In this document: piece by piece, positions 53,200 through 64,000 of the stretch | How positions within the stretch are numbered: position 1 is the stretch's first letter | Layout: each line of letters opens with the position of its first letter | Assembly: GCA_964016885.1 (NCBI GenBank) | Contig: OZ024741.1 | Coordinates: 136,028,001-136,092,000, forward strand | Direction of reading: 5' to 3' | Length of the DNA stretch: 64,000 nucleotides | Source: Eledone cirrhosa | Taxonomy: Eukaryota | Position numbers and translations under genes: made by a program | Notes under the pieces: generated by a model | Told to the model about the DNA's origin: nothing | Database searches by the model: none | The model's input: the letters and a program-made list of their open reading frames with translations, nothing else

Positions 53200-54571
53200 G
53201 TGAGTTATAATACCATGATAGGCCCTTAAAATTAAAAGTCATAAAACCCTCATAGGAGATAAAAGCTCACACGAAGCCAGCCTAAACTAGCATAGGTTTA
53301 AGTTACAACAGCAGCAACATAATACGACTCACTCCCTTATCATTAAAACACCCGAGAAACTTTCTATGACGTACAACCGACATTGCTATGAGCTGTAAAT
53401 TTCATTTTCTGTTTTTTTCATCCATATGATATTTCCTCATAACGTTTCGCAGCAGAAATCTATTTGCTCATTATAATTGTTTCTTATATAGACACAAGGC
53501 CAGGAATTGTGGGGAAGGGGAAAAATATATCTATTAAAAGTATATAATTTGACGTAAGAGACCATCAGGAAAACATGTGTACATATAACGTATTTCTGAG
53601 GAAAATCATATCAGATATTTTAATTATTAGAAATACAACCTATAAAAAATAATTAAACTAAATAGATTAAATAGAAAATGTCGTGAATTCAATTTACCGA
53701 ATAATTGTTGTTGATGTTTAGAATTGATATAATGAATAAAATAATCCCAGTTTGTAATTACAAAACATTGATTCCTACTGGAAACTATGGAAATCCTGAG
53801 TCAGTCTAACTCACACAGCCGCTACTATCCCAATTTATAATTAAGTAATATCTTATATTTCTAGCAAACAATCGTATTTCTATGTCAATGAATTGTTAAT
53901 AGTTTAATGATCACAACAGAAAATTAATTTTCATGTACAGAACCAGCGCTAGCATTAAGTCCAACTAAGCAGCCATCCTCGGCGTGGAACGCAGAAAGGT
54001 TCATCACTGGACTTCAAAGAATCACTGTTGTATACACATTTCTAAAATTAACTTAAATATATAATGATTTTCTGTAATTTAAAAAAAACCCCACTAAATA
54101 TCTTTGCAACGGAACAACGTTGTGGACATATCCAAAGCATTGGAAATATTCGTAAGATCTTATGACCTGTAATATGAATTGGCATGGGAGGGTGGGGTCA
54201 TTCTGGTTGAATGTACATCCTTGGTAATTTTCTTACAATGCCGGAGGTGTTAGAGTTGTAAGTTTAACATATTATATTTAAGAGAAAGGGGAACATAATT
54301 GGAAGAAAATGCGCACATTTTGGGTACATTCTAATGGAATAGATATATAGGCGCTGGTTTTGCTCATGTATGTGAGAGAGGCTTTATTGTAACAGATAAG
54401 AAATTAGAGCTCCAAAGTAAATAATATAACTAAATATTTTTTTAAATGGTAAAATAAAATATTTCCCACGGTAAATTAAACGTTAATTCCCTATCTCAGC
54501 CGGAACTATCGCCACGTTGAAACAAAAATACTTGTTCTATGCAACTGTTTAACAAATTTACTATTTGGCGG

Positions 54572-55045
54572 ATTTACAACATCCGTGTGAGAAGCCTGCT
54601 GCTCCACGCCAGCGAAACGTGGGCCATGTCATCCGATTGTCTGAATCGGCTCAGAAGAAATGACAGAGTTATGATCCGCTGGATGTGCGGTGTGACCACT
54701 GAGGATTATGTCAGCTCAACTGAGCTCCTAAAAAGACTGCTGATCGACGACCTCGAGGATGTGCTTCACATGAGACGCATGCTCTGGTACGATCATGTCG
54801 AGCGCAGTGAAGGCTGGGTCAACAAATTGATGAATGTCCACTTAGGAGGCAGGAAAGGCCCAGGAAGACCAAAAACGACTTGGATGGAGGATGTCCGTCG
54901 GGATCAATCTAGGCTTCACCTGACCGACGTGAGACCGGCAGTCAGAGACACATGGAGCAGGATGCTAAGGAGCACTGTCAGGCAGGACCCACCCCTACTT
55001 AGGAACTAATTGTGTCCTGCATAATTAAAAACTGGATGATGATGA
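54572..55045 (+). mobile_element. RTE-clade LINE 3' fragment
   Basis: VRSLLLHASETW...MIRWMCGV...RRMLWYDHVER...GRPKTTWMEDV...RDTW, followed by a (GAT)n tail. Confidence 0.9.
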
Positions 55046-56185
55046 ATTCCGAAACTAATATGTCACCAACCGTTTCTCCAAATCAACCGTTGATGACTGC
55101 ACCAATGGAATCTATAAAAAACTGACTTTTGAGAGTCTCTAAAGCGTCAGCACTTTTTCCGGCTCTCTGCGCTATGATTTCAAATCCCATTGAGTTTAAT
55201 ATTGTCGTCATTTCGGTCTATAAATTAGGTATAACTCCAAGGAAGTGAATTAACGAAATTATTAACGTGTCGGACTTGTTGTTTTGCGGTATCCAATCTG
55301 GCTCTGCGCATTCTATCGGTACGAGTTATATTCTACATCTGAGATTCCTACATTTTCTATGAACTTCATAATACAAATATTTGAAGTAGCAAACCTCGTT
55401 TTAATTATCTTCTATTAAATCATTACGGGATGTTAAGAACTAACGTTTTTGGTAGTTGAGTAATGTAAATAAACGCGTGCCTTTAACCTAATACTCAAGT
55501 CCAATCAGCGCGACACAATATGTGACAAGGCTGGACTTTTAAATTAATGGGCTAATATATAGTTTCAGTCAACTAAATTTCGCTCACAATTCTAGGTTAA
55601 AATATTAGCCCAAGATATCACGCAGTGCAATCGAACCCTGGACCTTATCCAGAAATATCTGAACCTCGACCCACATCGACAAAACATATTTTCAATCTCA
55701 TTTACGTTAATAGAAACTTCTTGAAATGACATGTTTATTTATTTGTTTATTTATCTATTGATGTAAACAACACATCTATTTATAAACGAAAAATAATCTC
55801 GAGTTAAGAGTAAAATATTTGAATATTATATATGAATTCATCACTTGGCACATCACGTTCTATGGAGATTGGATTCCATTAAAATGACGTGTTCTGTGAA
55901 TGTGTATGTGTGGAGTGCATATTGAACATCCGTCATTTCAGACAATAAGTGTTCCAGTTGGTTCTATCAAGAGAACGACTTGCACGTTAATTGAAGCTGG
56001 AGGTGGCTTAAAAATCCATACAAAACCTGTAGAACGTTCAACACTTTACACGTTAGTTTCTTAAGCAGGCTGTTACGTTGTTCACCTAAATATAACTTCA
56101 AGAATTAAATGCTGTCCGTTCTGTTGTTTTCCGCTTACTCTAGCATATGTATGTATAATGTTTGTATGTATGCATGTATATATAT

Positions 56186-56596
56186 ATGGTGGCTGCCAAC
56201 TCGTTTTCGAGTACGCCCACTTCTTTATACCCATGTAGGAGAAGCCCTACCGATGCGCTGAAAGAGTGTGACTTTTTAGTCCAGCCAGCGACTTGAAAAC
56301 TCTGGTTCAAACACTACACTTGTAACAATTATTGACACAGAGTGCTGGGCCCATGGTACCATGTGACGACAAGTGCAGAGAGATTTCCAGATATAAAGCA
56401 ATACCTGTGCCGTGAAGATTTTATAGTGAGCAAAGGCACTGCACAAAGCCAGTCCCACTCTCTTAACCAAGATGATATTTACCAAAAAGAAGAACAAGTC
56501 AACATCATTGGATACCATCAGGGTTGCAGGTGTTATATCAGAGTTTTCCTTCTCCTAGAATTCTGCCTTGACAAAGGCTAAGGGGTCATCTCTCCC
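56186..56596 (-). mobile_element. ~410-bp non-autonomous RTE-derived element, copy 2
   Basis: Reverse complement of 9399-9808; the ORF-track peptides at 9415 and 56342 are nearly identical. A related 5' part lies at about 56940-57100 (+). Confidence 0.75.
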
Positions 56597-57287
56597 GTAT
56601 ACATGCATACATACAAACATTATATATATATATAAGGAAAAGAAATTGAAAAATGCAACTGGAGTCTTTTAAAATATATCTATTTATATACTTTTCCGGT
56701 TTCACAGTTCTTATGATTTTCAAAATTAAAATTGAGATGGAGAATTTGTGTTTCTGTTACACAGAGACACGACTACAGAAACAGTCTCAATTATACTTTT
56801 GAAAATCCTAAGAACTGTGAAACCGGTAAAGTAAATAAATAAATATTCTTAAAAGACTCTAGTTACATTTTCAATTTCTTTACCTTATACTTTCAGCCGT
56901 GTAGGACATTATTTAAACAAAGAAAACTCCATATATGCGCGGGGAAATATTCGGTTGGGAGACGTGGTTAGCCGACCGGGAATGAGGACTCCTAGTTTTT
57001 GTTAGAACATCATTCTAGGAGAAGGAAAACTGATGTAAAACCTGCGATAAGATGGTAGCAAATGCTGTTGGCACGTTCTTTTTGCACACCTGTCACCGTT
57101 GTTCACAGCGTGGCATTTATCCAGTGCAAATCTTCTGAAGATCCCGTTAAGGGTGAAAGCAGCGATTCTTTGCTTAAACTTTAATCTGTTATTTTAATAA
57201 ATATTTGCTCTACGGTTTTTATATATTTGATATATATTTATCCTTATCGAGCCCTCTTTGGATTTTAGTCTTCAAATTTATTATTAT

Positions 57288-57347
<60 letters not shown>

Positions 57348-58386
57348 ATATATGTATATATGATTCTTTCAAAGTAAGCGAATTTAAATATACACGAATT
57401 TTGCAATATTTCTCGCTAATAGAATTATATAACTAACACTTCTTTCACGAAAACAAAGTTACGAAGCATTCAACTAGAAATCTTTTTTTTTTTTTAGGTA
57501 ACATAGAGGAACATTTATAGTCCAGAAAATCAGAATATATATATATATAAATCTTGATTCATTATCGCCATTCTTTATCTCATTGTTTACTGGTCCAGGG
57601 AAGCCTTTTCTATCTACTATTCACCACTATACTAATCACATTCAACACAACTATAACCGCATTTGAATATAAAAAAGATTACGTTACAAACCGAAGTCAG
57701 AAAGAATAATGTCTATGTCTGTGTCTATTTGAAAAAAAATATGACAAAGAATAGTCTAATATTTTACAAAAAGATCGAACACAAAGAGTGATTGATCTAC
57801 CAATTAATTTTCTCCAAGATTTGATATTGTAATTCTTACTTCTATGAAGCGATGAATAATATCGACCTTGCTTGCTGAAAAATTCAATCAACAGTATATT
57901 CAGACATCGATTAAGCAACAAGCACAACTGTTATACTGTTATCCACTGACCGTTGTCGTAGTGTTAAGAAAAAATAAATATGATTAAAACCTTAGCAGTT
58001 TCTCTCTTGGGGGCCTTCATAGAAACTAAATCCGGTGCAAGAGACAACATGATTGGTTTTTCCACTAATCACCGGACATATGTTTTTGGGAAAGAGGAAA
58101 TGCTCCGCTAATTAATCAAAAATAAGCTTCAAGGCAGCAGAGCTGGTGAAAAATATGCAATGAAGGACGGGAAATGTGTAAAGTAAAGAAGACACAATAC
58201 TTAATTTCATTACTTTCTCGGAGTTATTGAAACCTTCCAAGGCACTTTGAAATAATAAAAAGGGTGGGGGCGAGGGTAATGATGCTTTAATACAATAATC
58301 AATATTATGTTGGAATATTTAAAAGAAAATGTACTCTCATATACGCTTAAAAACACACACAATTATGTGTGTAATTATATACATAC

Positions 58387-58463
<77 letters not shown>

Positions 58464-59008
58464 TGTTATGTGTATGTAGGTAGATATGTATTTGTATACG
58501 TATGTATATAGTTATATATGCATGAATGTGTATGTGTTTATACATATAGATATATATATATACATGTATGTATTTGGGTATATACGTATATGTGTAATTT
58601 TTATTGATGTATATATATACATATTTAATGATTTTCATCTTAGCATTTATTATTGAATGCAATTGACACAGATTTTGTTTTGATGAGTCGAACAATAATT
58701 CAGTACCTGATGACTTTTACATCTTCCTATCCTGCATACATGTGTATAATTATATACAATTTTGAGAGTGTATTAGTGTGTACATGTATGTGCATGCAAC
58801 TACATGTGTATATGTATATAGTATATATGAGTGTCTTTACATACTTGTATGTACATTATATAGAATGTGTTTATATACAGGTATGTAGAATTTCGAGTGT
58901 ATATTATGTGTTCATCTATGTACAAGTGAGTGTATATTCATAACAGGACTGAGAAATATGGAAATCTTTAACAATTAATTTGTCTGTTGCACCTCTCAAC
59001 ACAAATGC

Positions 59009-59130
<122 letters not shown>

Positions 59131-59135
59131 TTTCC

Positions 59136-59415
59136 TTGTGAATACGCGTGGTTTTGCGGTTACGATATTAATGTCCGGATCGAACGATCGTGTGTTTGAT
59201 TCTGGGCGGTGCTTGCGTCCTATCGCATGTTGCTCCAGTTCACCTTTCAAAGGGAAACACTTGCCACATATTGTTTCACATTAAATCTCACAAAGAACTA
59301 TGTTAAGGGTACAGGTGGTTGTGGAATGCTCACCCCTTCCATGTTAACCTCACATGCAGATTGGTCCAAAGTTCGAACGACTGGAATAGTCGTCGTCGGA
59401 ACCAACTGAAGGAGT
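59136..59415 (+). mobile_element. SINE family C, diverged
   Basis: Head plus GTTGCTCCAGTTCAC and tail GAACTATGTTAAGGGTACA...GGAATGCTCA...GTCGTCG. The same tail occurs at 60440-60670 and inverted at 60800-60960. Confidence 0.65.
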
Positions 59416-61594
59416 TTCTGCACAAACATTAAACACAGAATAAAGATATTGTTTATGTGGTTATATTAGAATGTCTGCATTGTCTTGTAATATTTTTCAG
59501 AGGAAATCTGAAATTCGAAAGAATATATTTAACGTTCATTGAAAATTAAGTATTTTGCTTCATATACAATAGAATTTATCCATACTCCGTGACCAATTCA
59601 GCAACTATATACGAAAGAATTTCACGCTGTTTTTATGTAAAATTCTCCTAGATGTAAGCAAATCTCTTAACCATTCATCAGAAATGAATTCTTATTTCAA
59701 TCAAGTCGAGATTATTTGTTGAACATGAAAAATATATCTTAGCTTCAGTTGTTATGCGTTCTAATTTACTTAGCGTTCCATCATATCAGCCATTCACAAT
59801 GAATTTGTTTAGGTATACCAAAGGCGTGTTCACTAATCTGTGAAAGCTCACCGATCCTGCTAGAAAATATTATCCACAAGATACAAAGTTTTTATTTGTA
59901 TTAGTTTGTTGTTCCAATGCTTCGATGCTCATGTAGTTTTCTTCTTCTTTGAAACATGTATTTGACATTTTAAGTAATTGGCTATTTTCGGTCGGTTTCA
60001 CTCGAATAAGATTATAAAAAAAGATCTTTATGCTACTTATTGAAGAATTGTTAATCCTTTACACTTCAGCAGATTCTCCCACCAAACATTTGATGCCGAA
60101 ATATTGTGCAATTTACTTGTTTTTGCTGTAACTGGTATTTCCAGTTGAAATTCTAGAAGAAATATCAGGTTAACAGTTAAAATTTGTAAAACATTGAGAA
60201 GAAAAAAATGATCGATGTGACATTGTATTAATTATTATTGTATTTCATAGCAGTGTTAACAGCTACATTTGACGCAGCATCGTCAAATGTTTAAGAGGTA
60301 CGCTTCGTGATAATTAAGTCCCAGGTTCGATCTAACAGCATGGCATCTTAGATAAGGGTCATATACTAGAGCTTCAAATGAAGCTTTGCCTTGTTTAAGA
60401 ATTCGTATGATGGAATGTACTGCAATTAAAAAAGGCTTGTCACACACTGTATCATACTGAATCTATTTGAGAATTATATTAAGGGGTACAATATATATGT
60501 GGAATACTAAGCCACTTAGAATATATTAAAGGATGAACTGTACTTGTAATTCAAAAGGCTGCCAGCCTTGTCATAAAATATCAGGATGATTCTCAATCAG
60601 TATTTCGTTAAGGGAACCACGTGTCGTTCGAATGCTCAGCTACATGTCAATCTCAGGGAGACTGACCTCCCGCCTCACTTTAATGTCTCGACGGTAAAAC
60701 AACAAAGGAAATACCTGCAAACCTACATTCGTATTTTGGTTATATTGGGTAGGATTTGCTGTGGTTTATCCTCAAGTTAACCCTGATAGACTGGTAATGG
60801 CTCCTCCGTCGGTTTCAACGATTACCATTTATGTGTTCGATCGACTGAACAGCCAGCCTGTGAATTAACGTGTAGATGGTTATAGATTCCCCAGACACGT
60901 GTATCTCCAACCCAATTCGCAATCCGAATTAGCATAACACAATATGTGACAATGTTGAAGGTCTATTATAGGTACACTTCGAATTGTATTATAGAACAAC
61001 TGGTTTTACCTCATACAAGTGTAACCTTACGAAATCCACAGGTAACATTAATGTGACAGAACGCACGACAAACCTGCACATTTGAATTACAGGTTCAGTC
61101 TAACATCTAGTTTGTATCGGCCCAGTTTCACTCTCATGGCTTGTGTCAAACCAACATATAGTAAAGACACTTACACAATATACCATTTAGCTGGAATATA
61201 CCCAGCACCTCATGATGGCGAAAATATGTTCTTACACGCCCAGCCATGCTTGCATCCAATTTAACCGTTATTTTTACTTCATTGACCCCGTGAGGTTACA
61301 AGTTCCATTTATGGACCTGGTGACACATTATGACCTTGAGCAAGACACTTAATCTCATGTTGATCTTTCTACCAGGACTTGCAACCGCTAGATAATATCA
61401 GCAATTGAAATATCAATTGAAATATTGTTTCCTTCCTCCTAGCTGACGAGTTTCCCCACACCCGGTAAGCGAATGAGGCCTGGGATTTTGTCAATCGATT
61501 TGATTATTATTTATTATTGATAGAGTAAAGTGACTTGGTTACTGTATTGACTCTCTCGTAGCTCTATGTTTCTATTCATCAATTTTATATAATA

Positions 61595-61900
61595 TCTTCT
61601 TTATTCATCCACTTATTCCTAAGAGGGTCGTTGGAAAAGTGTTCTCAAATATTCCTTTCAGCGGGTCCTATCAGAAGCAAGCGTATCCACTTGGTCAGGT
61701 ATCCGGATCCTCAAACGAGACTAGCCCAGTTCATGGATGTTATCCAACCATCCTGCTCGGGGTATACCCTACTATTGGTTGGTTTTGTCTGCAAAATCTG
61801 TCCATCGATTCTTTCTTCAGACATTCTAATCACATGCCCGTAATATAGTCAATTTTAATTATTTGTGACATTGCCTTAATTCTTTTCCCAATGAAACTTA
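61595..61900 (-). mobile_element. RTE-clade LINE 3' fragment, decayed
   Basis: LYYGHVIRMSEERIDGQIL...(frameshift)RGIPRAGWLDNI...LASDRTR*. Confidence 0.7.
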
Positions 61901-62504
61901 TATCAATACTTGCAAGTACTGGCTTTAAATTGTCACTTAACTGTCGTCTGATGTCCAAGTTATAAAAGATTGATTTACCACAGGGTGGATTGGCAAGATA
62001 TCGATCATCGATCGATAGTTGCAACCATGTCACTAGCAATTTACTATGTATTTCAAGTATATAACTCTCATCTGCAGAAGTAATCAGCTGTTATTTAAAA
62101 TGCAGTGCTGCATTCATGTTTTCTGGCTGTTCGGGTACGCACGAAACAAAAGCTTTGCATTGCTTTAGCAGTTGTGTCATCGGTTAAGTTTGATGTGAAT
62201 CATATAATGGAAATACATTAATTAAAAGAAGGAAACAACACTTCATAATAATATTTGGCTTGTAACCATTGGATGATAATAAAACAAATTAACTGGATCA
62301 GATTTGATGCCAAGAGATAGAGCAGGCTATGAGATGTTCTGGTCTCAATGGGTTGAGCCGATTATCAGATGTCCTTATAGGTCACTGTTCACAATTGATT
62401 GATTATTCAAGTGTCTTTGTGGTAATGGAAGCGGTAAAGGGAGAGAGAGGCAAAAGTATGGGTAGGGGAAGGACAGTTGATAGGCTCTACGCTTAGGGAT
62501 GATG

Positions 62505-62584
62505 GTATTGGAGCTGCTCCCCACGGACAAGAACGCAAAAGCATTCTTGTTGACAATGGCCAGCGACACCCTTTTGACTAACAA
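62505..62584 (-). mobile_element. Tiny 3' remnant of a second CRE-like element
   Basis: LVKRVSLAIVNKNAFAFLSVG parallels LFQRVSLAVLRGNAFSILSAG of the 6945-7745 element. Confidence 0.5.
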
Positions 62585-62817
62585 AACTACAAATATCGTC
62601 AGTCATCACTAGTCATAATATGTTTCCATCCTAACTTTGCTACGCTCTTCTTTTCCATTTCAATATAAATAATTTGGGTATGTCATTTTCCCATCGTTTT
62701 TAAAGCCGTCCGAATGGTGTCCTCTCCTCTCTCACATACTACTCTACAGCTGCATGAGTCCAACATTTGTCTATAAACCTTCTGACGTGTCAGACCCAGC
62801 GTAAGTCTTCTGAGTGG

Positions 62818-62981
62818 TCACTTCCGATCCCATGGATAATACTCGACAATTGCGTGGGTTCCCTTATGGTTAATGAACGTTGCACCATGTTTGGGCCAGC
62901 GGAAATCGTGTCCTCGGTATTCGGAAATTAGACTATTCACTCTGCTCGGTCCTCCAATTACCTCGATTAGGATATTCTCTC
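62818..62981 (-). CDS. Candidate terminal coding exon (phase 1), unidentified
   Basis: ctaattgtag acceptor, then ENILIEVIGGPSRVNSLISEYRGHDFRWPKHGATFINHKGTHAIVEYYPWDRK*. GC-richer than the flanks, but the pyrimidine tract is weak. Confidence 0.3.
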
Positions 62982-62991
62982 CTACAATTAG

Positions 62992-63198
62992 ATAATAGTT
63001 ACTATTTTACGCACAAGGGGGGAGGTGAAAGTCTATTATGAACCCCAATGCTTTACAGGTACTTTATTTTATCGACTCCGTAAGGACGAAAGGCAAGGCT
63101 AACCTCAGCTGGATTTTAACTCAGAATATAAAGGCATGTAACTACATGCCGCAAAGCATGTTGTCCGACGCTCTACCGATATTGTGAATCCACAGTCC
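62992..63198 (-). mobile_element. SINE family B
   Basis: GGTACTTTATTTTATCGACTCCGTAAGGACGAAAGGCAA...TTAACTCAGAA...GCATGTTGTCCGACGCTCTACCGAT is the reverse complement of the 34451 copy. Confidence 0.8.
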
Positions 63199-64000
63199 TT
63201 CCTGCACAGATAGATATTATTAAAATGTAAAATCCATATTTAATCAAACAAAACATTCTGTAAATGATACGGATTTCCTATATAGAAATTAAAAACTTTG
63301 CGAAATGAAATGGAATGAAATGAAAGAATATCCAATGTATTAAAATCAATTAAAATAACAAGAAATATTGATTAATGAATTCGATATAAAGAAAAATTAA
63401 CTAAATATTGTTGAAATGCTAGTATTGTTATTCTTTCATTACCAGATATTTTTCTAAGTATGCCTAGCTTGCTTGGCGTATGGAAACTATTTTCGATGTA
63501 GTTGAAAAGACTTACTGTCTCATGATATTTAAATGTGTATTGTAAGAAATTTTTAATTTGTAAAGAAACAAAAATAATCATAAGATGAAAGTTATTTGTG
63601 TGTTGTAGATTTATATTGCCTAAATGGTCCCAAAAATACATTACGAATCAATGCTAATACGGTTCTTGGTAAATTTTATGAAGCTAATCAGTGGTAAGAG
63701 AATAGTGCATAAGAATTTTTCCAAACACTAAACAAAACATCCATCATTTATATAAATACATTATATATGGAAGAAGACCGATTCTAATTTTTGTTTGATT
63801 TTCATTTTTTTTTCAATCAAAACTGCCATACAGTGTTTCGTTTTGTTTGTTTCCAGTTGAATATGATTTTGTTGTTGATTAGTGTTCAGTTGATTGTTTT
63901 TATGTTTTCTTTCAATCTTTCTTTATTAGTTTATGGTTTGTTTTCTTCTTCGATTTCTTTAAGCTCTTATGGGGAAACAGTGCTGCGATGAGTTTTTAGT

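Noticed and set aside
53941-54056. Next exon after 52954-53199
   Set aside because: The acceptor is plausible, but splicing gives T+AA, an immediate stop. Unsupported without transcripts.
57980-58185. Protein-like readings in GC-richer islands (also 11400-11660, 43530-43760, 47930-48190 and 59770-60150)
   Set aside because: They are short or interrupted by stops, with ambiguous frame or strand and no recognisable motif.

Overview
This is AT-rich, repeat-dense animal genomic DNA. The SINE families look like those I recall from Octopus or another coleoid cephalopod, which is an inference. Almost all ORF-track entries are translations of (AT)n, (GT)n or (GA)n microsatellites. The real content is: one internally deleted Tx1/L1-type retrotransposon (15.7-19.9 kb), two CRE-type fragments, three RTE 3' fragments plus a two-copy RTE-derived short element, a deleted Helitron, many tRNA-derived SINEs, a 5S-derived sequence, three Penelope-like (PLE) GIY-YIG endonuclease remnants and one or two candidate host exons. 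The main hidden signal is that the short unique islands between (AT)n arrays are 3' ends of more than a dozen sequence-distinct elements. Many carry a type I hammerhead ribozyme (CTGANGA...GAAA-palindrome-TH with pairing stems). About 14 intact-core copies and 8 variant or decayed copies were found by eye. Many of these islands are head-to-head inverted pairs, with both 3' ends running into microsatellite and the turn-around point at or near the ribozyme. All alignments and folds were done by eye, so coordinates may be off by a few bases.
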